A DNA stretch of 64,000 nucleotides, from the NCBI GenBank assembly GCA_045587745.1, contig JAZNCU010000072.1:13069-77068 (forward strand). The letters run 5' to 3'. Under the pieces are notes generated by a model that made no database searches, was not told where the DNA came from, and saw nothing but the letters and a program-made list of their open reading frames with translations. Positions 1-7,515 of the stretch are shown here, in pieces. Each line of letters starts with the position of its first letter. Position 1 is the stretch's first letter. Source of the stretch: Eubacteriales bacterium (GTDB lineage Bacteria; Bacillota; Clostridia; Oscillospirales; CAG-382). The position numbers and the translations under genes were made by a program.

Positions 1-829
1 TGCCCGTAAGCGATGCCAGCTCGGCGGCAACCGTTGTCTTTCCGCTCCCCGGCATACCGATAAGCACGATGCTTGACATCTCGAGCAACGTTTTTAAGTA
101 AGCCGTCTCTATACCATCCTCGCCGATTCTCGCACCGGTAAACTGTTCGGATGCATATGCGGCCTGAGCCACAAGCATCCTCAGCCCGCCCGTGCAGGGA
201 ATCCCTGCCTCGGTCGCATTGCGGATCAGCTCGGTTCTCAGAGGGTTGTAAACAACGTCAGCCACGCCCGAAAGATTGCGAAATCGGGCGATATCGACGG
301 GGGCTTTGTCGATGTCCGGATACATTCCGACCGGTGTGGTATTGATTACAACCTCATAGTCGCCGCAAGCATCGTAAACGTTTTCGTAGTTGATATTTCC
401 CGTCCTCGAAACGCATTTCACCTCAGCCGCACCGCTATCTCTCGCACAGGCGCAGACCGTAAGCGATGTGCCGCCGGTACCGAGCACGAGCACTTTTTTG
501 TCATGTAGGCTTATGCCCGATTTTGACAGCATATACAAAAAACCGTCGTAATCGGTATTATCGCCATACACCTTTCCGTCCCTGATCGTCACGGTATTGA
601 CGCTTCCGACCGCTTTTGCACGCTTACTCAGCACATCGCAAATAGAAAATGCAAGCCTTTTGTGGGGAACGGTTACGTTGATGCCGCCGAAATCGCCCGA
701 TTTTACAAACCGTTTAAGCTCACCTGCATCCATAGGCATAAGCGAATAATCATAGTCCCCGAAAAGCGAGTGGATATAAGGCGAAACGCTATGCCCGAGC
801 GTACCGCCGACAAGTCCGTATTTTTTCAT
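1..829 (-). CDS. aroE: Shikimate dehydrogenase / shikimate kinase fusion (AroE-AroK); the C-terminal part runs off the window start
   Basis: Absent from the ORF track because it has no stop codon inside the window. Manual minus-strand translation from the ATG at 829-827 gives MKKYGLVGGTLGHSVSPYIHS...NVTVPHK...GDNTDYDGF...LGTGGTS, which are AroE motifs. It continues without a stop into MSSIVLIGMPGSGKTTVAAELASLTG, the shikimate kinase P-loop. That Met codon is at 79-77, and 829-79=750 nt, so it is in frame. Confidence 0.8.
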   Translation of the reverse strand, partial: MKKYGLVGGTLGHSVSPYIHSLFGDYDYSLMPMDAGELKRFVKSGDFGGINVTVPHKRLAFSICDVLSKRAKAVGSVNTVTIRDGKVYGDNTDYDGFLYMLSKSGISLHDKKVLVLGTGGTSLTVCACARDSGAAEVKCVSRTGNINYENVYDACGDYEVVINTTPVGMYPDIDKAPVDIARFRNLSGVADVVYNPLRTELIRNATEAGIPCTGGLRMLVAQAAYASEQFTGARIGEDGIETAYLKTLLEMSSIVLIGMPGSGKTTVAAELASLTG

Positions 830-830
830 A

Positions 831-1970
831 TCAGCTCTCACTGTAACAGCCGAGAAGCGCAAACCTCTCGTACTCTCTTGCAAGCGAGCAAACGAGGTTT
901 TTTACGTTGGGGTCGGTGATGCTCGCCATTATATCAAAGTAGAACATAAACTCAAAATCGCTTCCCGGAACGGGACGGCTCTCAAGCTTTGTAAGATTGA
1001 GTCCGAGCGAGGAAAAACGGGTAAGCAGATCCCCGAGCGAGCCCGGTACGTGGGGCAGGTTCATCATAAAGCTTATGCGGTTGCTGCCGGGATATATCTC
1101 CAAAGCGTGGGAAATACAGATAAAACGTGTGTAGTTGCCCGAAACGTTGCTGATTCCGCTCTCGATTATATCGAGTCCGTAAATCGACGCAGTGGCACGT
1201 GATGCGATAGCGGCAATATCCGTCCGATCGCTCTCGGCGACGGTACGGGCGGCAATAGCCGTGTTCTCGGAAAGCCCGATCTTGATATCGGGATGCGCCG
1301 AAAGAAACTGACCGCACTGACCGAGCGCCTGCTCGTGAGAGATAATCTCTCTTACATCGGATAGCTTTACACCCTTTTTTGCCACGAGAACATGGTCGAC
1401 CTTGATACGTACCGAGCGAACGATATGGAAGTTGTGCTTTTTCATAAGGTCATACACCTCACCTACCGACCCGTGGGACGAGTTCTCGATAGGCAGAATC
1501 CCGTAACGGCAAAGACCCTTTTCGACAGCCGAAAATACATTTTCGAATCTCGGGAAATAAAGTATATCTGACGACGGAAACAGCTTATCGCAGGCAACCG
1601 AGGAATAAGAGCCCTCAACACCCTGGCAGGCGACCGTTGCATCCCGTGTAAAGACAGCCGAGGTACCGTCGAGAGCCGCATCAATACGAGTGGCAAGCCC
1701 GCTGTCAGAGGGCATAAGGGTTGCCTGATAGGAGCGTGACAGGTTCATTACCGAGGTGAAAAATGCCCTCGTATAGTCGGCAATCACCTCGTCCGAGTTC
1801 ATAACCGCCCTGTGGATAACTGCTCTCTCCCGTTCCCTGTCGATAACGGGAAGTCCGTTTTCACGCTTGTAGCGTGCAATCTCGGCGGATACTCTCATCC
1901 TCTCATCGAAGAGCCTCTGCATCTCGTTGTTTATGACGTCAATTTTTTCTCTTAGCTCGTTAATATCCAT
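831..1970 (-). CDS. pheA: Bifunctional chorismate mutase / prephenate dehydratase (P-protein) with C-terminal ACT domain
   Basis: ORF 831..2042. The N-terminal MDINELREKIDVINNEMQRLFDERMRVSAEIARYK matches chorismate mutase, followed by a PDT domain (VACQGVEGSYS...TRF) and an ACT-like tail. I trimmed the start to Met25 (1970), one nt after the aroC stop. The first 24 codons of the track ORF overlap aroC. Confidence 0.85.
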   Translation of the reverse strand: MDINELREKIDVINNEMQRLFDERMRVSAEIARYKRENGLPVIDRERERAVIHRAVMNSDEVIADYTRAFFTSVMNLSRSYQATLMPSDSGLATRIDAALDGTSAVFTRDATVACQGVEGSYSSVACDKLFPSSDILYFPRFENVFSAVEKGLCRYGILPIENSSHGSVGEVYDLMKKHNFHIVRSVRIKVDHVLVAKKGVKLSDVREIISHEQALGQCGQFLSAHPDIKIGLSENTAIAARTVAESDRTDIAAIASRATASIYGLDIIESGISNVSGNYTRFICISHALEIYPGSNRISFMMNLPHVPGSLGDLLTRFSSLGLNLTKLESRPVPGSDFEFMFYFDIMASITDPNVKNLVCSLAREYERFALLGCYSES

Positions 1971-1971
1971 T

Positions 1972-3060
1972 CTATTCACCGATATCCGCAAAAAAATCAA
2001 GTATAGTGAGTGCCGCAACCGCCTCAACACAGGGAACGGCACGGAAGACGATGCAGGGATCGTGCCGACCGCCGACGGTCAGCGTTACGTTTTTCATTTC
2101 GTCGAGATTTACGCTATGCTGCTCCCTTGAAATGGAGGGAGTGGGCTTTACAGCCACGCAAAAATTAACGGGCATTCCGGTTGTAAGTCCACCGAGTATG
2201 CCGCCGTGATCGTTTTTGAGCGTTACGACTCTGCCGTCACGCACCGCAAAAGGATCGTTATGCTCGCTTCCTCGCATATCGGCGCAGGCAAATCCGGCAC
2301 CGAACTCAACTCCCTTTACGGCAGGGATCGAAAACAGATTAAGCGAAAGTCTGCCCTCAAACGTATCGTAAATAGGCTCTCCCAGTCCTATCGGAAGCCC
2401 CAGCACACAGCACTCTATCCTGCCGCCCACCGAGTCACCCTCGGATTTTGCAAGCGCAATACGGGAAAGCATTTTTTCCTCCGCATCGGAGTTGATCACG
2501 GGATACTGCTTTGATATGACAGCCTTCAGCTCGTCCGCCGTTACGTTCATAGTATCGATACGGTCGTCAAAAACACCCCCGACCGAGAGTGCGTGAGCGC
2601 CTATGGTAATACCCCGCTCCCCGAGTATCTGCAGTGCGATCGCACCCGCAAAGCAGATAACGGCGGTCATTCTGCCCGAGAACTGTCCGCCGCCACGATG
2701 GTCAAACTCGCTTCCGTACCGCATAAATGCAGGAAAATCGGCGTGCATCGGACGTGGAACGGTTAATTTATCGCCGTAATCGGCGCTTTTTTTATCGCTG
2801 TTGGATATTTCAAATCTTAAAGGAGTGCCGTTGGTGACACCGCTTTCGGTAATACCCGAAAGAACTACCGCCTCGTCTCCTTCACGTCTGCCCGTCGAAA
2901 AGGCATTCATTCCCGGACGGCGTCTGTCTGTAAACGCCTCGATTCTGTCAAAATCGAGCCTGATCCCCTCGGGAAGTCCCTCAATTATACCGCCGATACA
3001 CTCGGCGTGAGAGGCACCGTAGCAGGTGAGTATTAAATTTTTACCCATACTATAAGGCAT
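1972..3060 (-). CDS. aroC: Chorismate synthase
   Basis: ORF 1972..3117. It carries chorismate synthase signatures (GASHAECIGGIIEGLPEG, RPGHADF-like PRPMHADFPAFMRYG, GGRHDPC). The start is set at MPYSMGKN (3060), preceded by GGAGGTG. It overlaps the aroA stop by 11 nt. Confidence 0.9.
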   Translation of the reverse strand: MPYSMGKNLILTCYGASHAECIGGIIEGLPEGIRLDFDRIEAFTDRRRPGMNAFSTGRREGDEAVVLSGITESGVTNGTPLRFEISNSDKKSADYGDKLTVPRPMHADFPAFMRYGSEFDHRGGGQFSGRMTAVICFAGAIALQILGERGITIGAHALSVGGVFDDRIDTMNVTADELKAVISKQYPVINSDAEEKMLSRIALAKSEGDSVGGRIECCVLGLPIGLGEPIYDTFEGRLSLNLFSIPAVKGVEFGAGFACADMRGSEHNDPFAVRDGRVVTLKNDHGGILGGLTTGMPVNFCVAVKPTPSISREQHSVNLDEMKNVTLTVGGRHDPCIVFRAVPCVEAVAALTILDFFADIGE

Positions 3061-4297
3061 AAAATTCACCTCCGAGTGCAGAAAAATCCTCAAAAAATGC
3101 GGGGTAGGATTTAGCAACAGACTCTATCCCCGTAACCGTGACCTCGCTGTCACATATACAGGATGCGACAGCCGCCGACATTACGATTCTGTGATCTCCG
3201 AACCCGTCCGCCGCTCCGCCCTTCAGCCTTCCGCAGCCCTCAACTGCAATTTTTTCACCGTCAAACGATGCATTTCCGCCCAATGAGTTGATGAGCGAAA
3301 GCGTTGCCGCAATACGGTCGCTTTCCTTAAGCCTCAGACGCTCAACTCCGTATATCTCGCTCCTGCCTTCGGCAGCAGAGGCAAGCACTGCGGTTATCGG
3401 CACGAGGTCGGGTATATCCGATGCATCTAAGCTGACCGCCCGAAGCGCCGAGGGCTTTGCGGTTATTTTGCCTTTATCCGACGTTATATCGGCACCCATT
3501 CGTGTAAGAATATCAAAAAATTTTTTATCGCCCTGGGGGCTGTTGAGGTCAAGCCCGTACACGCACACTCCGCCCGAAAGCACACCTGCGGCAAGCAAAA
3601 ATGCGCCTCCCGACCAGTCGCCCTCGCAGTTGATGATATCAACCCTTTTATAAGGCGCAGCCGGCACTGAAAATCCGCTTTCGGTCACGGTAACGTCAAC
3701 ACCGAACCTTTGCATACAGCAAAGCGTAATGTCGATATATCCCTTTGAAGCAAGCGGAGAGGTAAGTTTTATTTCACCTCCGCCGATAAGCGGAAGCGCA
3801 AGCAAAAGCCCCGTGATATACTGCGACGAAACATCCCCCGCAATACTGAAAACACCGCTTTTCAGCTTTCCGTCAAGCGTGATGGGAAGCCCGTCACCTT
3901 TTACGTCTACTCCGTTTTGTGCAAGCGCATCGGTAAGCGGCTTATTGGGGCGCAGAGGCAGCCTGCCGCTTCCCTCGAATTCCGCCCTTTTTCCGAGTGC
4001 GGCGGCAATAGGAAGAACGAATCTGAGCGTGCTTCCGCTCTCGCGGCAGTAAAGCCGTGCCTCACCGCCGTAAGTAACGGGCGAAACGACCAGCCTCGTT
4101 TCCTCACGTAATACGTTTCCGCCAAGCGATTTTACACAATCCGCAGTGGCAAGTATATCATCCGACAGCACTCCCGAACACTCAATAACTCCTCCGCCCG
4201 AAAGAGCCGAAAGAAGCACGAGTCGGTGGAGCACCGATTTTGAATCGGGTGCATTTACACTGCCCGACAGGATACCGGGTAGTATTCTAACATCCAT
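3050..4297 (-). CDS. aroA: 3-phosphoshikimate 1-carboxyvinyltransferase (EPSP synthase)
   Basis: 415-aa ORF with LPGSKS-like PDSKSVLHRLVLLSAL and RPxxP motifs (LRPNKPL). The length and architecture are typical of EPSPS. Confidence 0.9.
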   Translation of the reverse strand: MDVRILPGILSGSVNAPDSKSVLHRLVLLSALSGGGVIECSGVLSDDILATADCVKSLGGNVLREETRLVVSPVTYGGEARLYCRESGSTLRFVLPIAAALGKRAEFEGSGRLPLRPNKPLTDALAQNGVDVKGDGLPITLDGKLKSGVFSIAGDVSSQYITGLLLALPLIGGGEIKLTSPLASKGYIDITLCCMQRFGVDVTVTESGFSVPAAPYKRVDIINCEGDWSGGAFLLAAGVLSGGVCVYGLDLNSPQGDKKFFDILTRMGADITSDKGKITAKPSALRAVSLDASDIPDLVPITAVLASAAEGRSEIYGVERLRLKESDRIAATLSLINSLGGNASFDGEKIAVEGCGRLKGGAADGFGDHRIVMSAAVASCICDSEVTVTGIESVAKSYPAFFEDFSALGGEFYAL

Positions 4298-5336
4298 TTT
4301 TTATACCTTCGGCGTAAAAATCCGCCAGACTGTCAAACGATATCGGCTCCGAGCTTACCGAGCCTATATCCTTGGGGACGATCAGCTCAACGACATCTCC
4401 GGATTTCTTTTTATCGTTACGGGCGCATGCGGCAAGCTCGGCAGCGGAATACGGACATTCGGTTGGAAGCCCGTATTTTTCCAAAAGCTCGCAAAGCCTG
4501 TCCGAAACACCGATGCGGCAGTAGCCTACACTCTCGGCGGCACGGGTTACGAGAGCCATTCCCATCGCAACAGCACGCCCGTGCGATACCGAAAATCCGC
4601 TCAACAGCTCGATTGCGTGACCTGCCGTATGACCAAAATTGAGCTTTGCCCTCACGCCTCTGTCAAGCTCGTCACGCTGAACCAAGCCTGCTTTTGTCGC
4701 AACGCACGAGGACACGACCTCGATTGCGTCAAACGAGTCGAAAAGGCCGTTAAACAGTGCAGGGCTGTTGATCATTCCGTATTTTATAACCTCCGCCATG
4801 CCGTCCGAAAAATACTCGGAGGGAAGCGTTTTGAGGAGCGCTACGTCGCAGATTACCGCCTTAGGCTGGTAAAATGCACCCATAAGGTTTTTTCCGTGTG
4901 ATAAATCGACAGCCGTCTTTCCGCCAACCGAGGAATCGGTCATTGCGAGCAGTGACGTGGGAAGCTGAACGTAATCGATTCCCCTCATATACAATGAAGC
5001 TGCAAGCCCCGTAATATCGCCCACCACACCGCCTCCGAGCGCAACGGCAGTATCGCTTCTGTCCAGACCGCATTCGGCAAAAAACTCGAGTATCCTGACC
5101 AGCATATCGGGATTCTTGCTTTTTTCGCCGTGAGGTATGACGAAATCAAAAACCTCGCAGCCTGAGCTTGAAAAGGATTCTCTTGCAATATTTCCGTAAA
5201 GCGGAGATACGTTGTCATCACTGACGATAACGCATTTCCTGCTGCTGATACAGGCATATTGGGCTGCACAGTCAAGAATGTCGTCGCCGATATATACCTC
5301 ATACGGATTTTGCGTACCAACTCTTATAAGTCTCAT
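4287..5336 (-). CDS. aroB: 3-dehydroquinate synthase
   Basis: 349-aa ORF with GGGVVGDITGLAASLYMRGIDYVQLPTSLLAMTDSSVGGKT and HGRAVAMGM motifs. It overlaps the aroA start by 11 nt. Confidence 0.9.
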   Translation of the reverse strand: MRLIRVGTQNPYEVYIGDDILDCAAQYACISSRKCVIVSDDNVSPLYGNIARESFSSSGCEVFDFVIPHGEKSKNPDMLVRILEFFAECGLDRSDTAVALGGGVVGDITGLAASLYMRGIDYVQLPTSLLAMTDSSVGGKTAVDLSHGKNLMGAFYQPKAVICDVALLKTLPSEYFSDGMAEVIKYGMINSPALFNGLFDSFDAIEVVSSCVATKAGLVQRDELDRGVRAKLNFGHTAGHAIELLSGFSVSHGRAVAMGMALVTRAAESVGYCRIGVSDRLCELLEKYGLPTECPYSAAELAACARNDKKKSGDVVELIVPKDIGSVSSEPISFDSLADFYAEGIKNGC

Positions 5337-6184
5337 TTACTGTCCTTCATGCTTTCTTCGCTTTTTGCTTTTGCCTCCCTGCCCTCTCTGAGCAGATCAA
5401 GAAGCTCATCCTTATTGCCTTCCTCAAGTGCGTTTTTGTATCTCTCAAGCTCGTCAATAAGCGTTGCCAGCTGATCGGCAAGACAATCGCTGTTTGCCAA
5501 AAACAGCTCGGTCCACATTACCTCGTTGAGGGTTGCAACACGTGTCATATCACGGAAGCTCCCTGCCGAAAAGCCCCTTGCCTGACAGGAAAGCGGGTTT
5601 TTAATATATGCGCTCGAAACGATATGTGCGAGCTGTGACGTGTAGCTGATAAGCCTGTCGTGGGTGTATGCATCCGAAAAAACGACGTGCGAGAATCCGA
5701 TGCTCAAAAAGAATTTCCGTACCGAATCAAGCTCCTCGATATCAAAACCCTTTTTGGGGACGAGCACTATAGATGCATCCTCAAAAAGATTGTATTTTGA
5801 TGCCGAAAAGCCGTTTTTTTCGATGCCTGCCATAGGATGTGCGCCAACAAACGAGAAGCCGTACTTTTCAGCTATGTCAAAGGCGGCATCGCACACACTG
5901 CGCTTTACGCCGCAGGTGTCAAGCACAACTGCACCCTTTTTGATATACGGGGCATATTCCGACAGCACTTCAAGCGTTGACGACGGAAAAAGCGCAAGAA
6001 TGAGCATATCGCAATCCGAGCATTCCTCTTTTGAAAGCCTGCCGTCTATTGCGCCGACAAGCATAGCTTTTGAAATAACTGTTTCGTTAATATCGGTTCC
6101 GTACACCGAGTGATTCTCGGTGAGCATAATTGCTTTTGCAAGTGAGCCTCCTATCAGTCCGAGGCCGATAACTCCGATTTTCAT
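5333..6184 (-). CDS. tyrA: Prephenate dehydrogenase
   Basis: 283-aa ORF with an N-terminal Rossmann fold (MKIGVIGLGLIGGSLA) and a GAHPMAG motif. It has an ATGA overlap with aroB. Confidence 0.85.
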   Translation of the reverse strand: MKIGVIGLGLIGGSLAKAIMLTENHSVYGTDINETVISKAMLVGAIDGRLSKEECSDCDMLILALFPSSTLEVLSEYAPYIKKGAVVLDTCGVKRSVCDAAFDIAEKYGFSFVGAHPMAGIEKNGFSASKYNLFEDASIVLVPKKGFDIEELDSVRKFFLSIGFSHVVFSDAYTHDRLISYTSQLAHIVSSAYIKNPLSCQARGFSAGSFRDMTRVATLNEVMWTELFLANSDCLADQLATLIDELERYKNALEEGNKDELLDLLREGREAKAKSEESMKDSK

Positions 6185-6193
6185 AATGCTTTC

Positions 6194-7210
6194 CTATCTT
6201 TTATCGCCTCTCCAGGAGTAAGGCAGAATTGCCTCAACGCATTTTGCAACGTCGGCACACGCCTCGGGAGTGAGGGATTGAGGGCCATCGCATTTTGCGT
6301 GTGCAGGATCGTTATGCACCTCGATAATAAGTCCGTCTGCTCCTGCCGCCGCTGCCGCAATAGACATAGGCTTTACGAGCCTCGAGTATCCCGTTGCGTG
6401 ACTGGGGTCGATAATAACGGGCAGATGCGTAAGCCCCTTGAGCACAGGAATGCAAGAAAGGTCAAGTGTGTTTCGGGTTGTGGTTTCAAAGGTGCGGATA
6501 CCCCTCTCGCAAAGGATCACGTTCTCGTTGCCGCCTGCCATAATATACTCGGCGCTCATCAGCCATTCCTGAATGGTGCTCGAAAGACCTCTTTTTAGAA
6601 GAACGGGCTTTTTTTGATGTCCGAGCTCCTTAAGAAGCTCAAAGTTCTGCATATTTCTTGCGCCGACCTGTATAACGTCCACGTCGGCAAACATATCAAG
6701 CTGTGAAAGGTCCATAAGCTCACTTACGATAGGAAGCCCCGTTACGGCCTTTGCCTCGATAAGAAGCTTTATTCCCTCTCCCCGAAGTCCCTGAAACGCA
6801 TAGGGCGAGGTACGGGGTTTGAACGCTCCTCCTCTGAGCAGCTTTGCACCTGCCTCCTTTACCGCAAGAGCAACCTCAATAATTTGCTCCTCGCTTTCAA
6901 CCGAGCAGGGTCCGGCAATAATCGGACAGCTTCCGTCGCCAAAGCTCGCCTCGCCGACGGTAATAATGCTGTCATCGGGGTGGAATTTGCGGTTTGCGTT
7001 TTTATACGGCTCCTGAATACGCTTTACGTCCTCAACGATATCGAGCGAGACGATAAGGTCGATATCAACCTCGGAGGTATCGCCAACAAGTCCGAGTATG
7101 GTCTGCCTTTTACCGACGGTTTTGTGAACCTCGATATTCATATTCTCGAGCCAGTTCACAAGCCTTTCGAGCTGTCTGTCATCGTGATCTTTTTTAAGAA
7201 TTACTATCAT
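6194..7210 (-). CDS. aroF: 3-deoxy-7-phosphoheptulonate (DAHP) synthase, type I-beta, with a ~65-aa N-terminal regulatory-type domain
   Basis: 338-aa ORF. The KDSA/DAHPS I-beta core shows [21 protein letters not shown] and DPSH. The extra N-terminal domain begins [38 protein letters not shown] lies at 7222-7218. Confidence 0.85.
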   Translation of the reverse strand: MIVILKKDHDDRQLERLVNWLENMNIEVHKTVGKRQTILGLVGDTSEVDIDLIVSLDIVEDVKRIQEPYKNANRKFHPDDSIITVGEASFGDGSCPIIAGPCSVESEEQIIEVALAVKEAGAKLLRGGAFKPRTSPYAFQGLRGEGIKLLIEAKAVTGLPIVSELMDLSQLDMFADVDVIQVGARNMQNFELLKELGHQKKPVLLKRGLSSTIQEWLMSAEYIMAGGNENVILCERGIRTFETTTRNTLDLSCIPVLKGLTHLPVIIDPSHATGYSRLVKPMSIAAAAAGADGLIIEVHNDPAHAKCDGPQSLTPEACADVAKCVEAILPYSWRGDKR

Positions 7211-7224
7211 TTTTTGCCTCCTAT

Positions 7225-7256
7225 GTAAAAAGGGCCTCGCAATCGCTGCGAAGCCC
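7225..7256 (-). terminator. Intrinsic terminator (attenuator) inside the aro leader, 15 nt upstream of the aroF RBS
   Basis: The minus strand reads GGGCUUCGCA-GCGAU-UGCGAGGCCC followed by UUUUUAC. That is a 10-bp stem with one G.U pair and a U-tract. Confidence 0.7.
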
Positions 7257-7289
7257 TCGTCCTAACTGAATATTTGACGAAAAACCCGG

Positions 7290-7370
7290 TTATGCAGCGA
7301 AACACGAAAAAGCCTTGCCATAAAACGCAAAGCCAAAATAATAAAAGTTTACTGCAAAAGAAACGGTCAT
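7290..7370 (-). CDS. 26-aa Phe/Tyr-rich leader peptide of the aro operon (MTVSFAVNFYYFGFAFYGKAFSCFAA)
   Basis: Translated by hand. The ATG at 7370-7368 follows GGAGA plus 5 nt, and the ORF ends at TAA. It has 7 Phe and 3 Tyr among 26 codons. It lies between a sigma-A-like promoter and the terminator at 7225-7256. The track shows it only as the tail of the spurious ORF 7290..7634. Confidence 0.65.
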   Translation of the reverse strand: MTVSFAVNFYYFGFAFYGKAFSCFAA

Positions 7371-7402
7371 CGTGTTCTCCGGAATTGTTTTTCTTGCTGA
7401 AT

Positions 7403-7431
7403 ATGATAGCACACAATAATACGTTTGTAAA
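7403..7431 (-). promoter_or_regulatory. Sigma-A-type promoter of the aro leader
   Basis: The minus strand reads TTTACA (7431-7426), a 17-nt spacer, then TATCAT (7408-7403). This predicts a ~185-nt leader. Confidence 0.5.
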
Positions 7432-7515
7432 GAGGTTTTTGCAATTTTTTGAATGTCGCAACACAAAAAACGGGCATATAATAGGATTGACCAATAACTG
7501 TATAAGGGTGATATT

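Noticed and set aside
7211-7400. T-box riboswitch upstream of the aro operon (the usual Firmicute solution).
   Set aside because: The leader shows no AGAGA/GGUGNRA Stem I elements and no UGGN-bulge T-box sequence. Instead it encodes an F/Y-rich mini-ORF followed by a terminator, so I report it as a leader-peptide attenuator.
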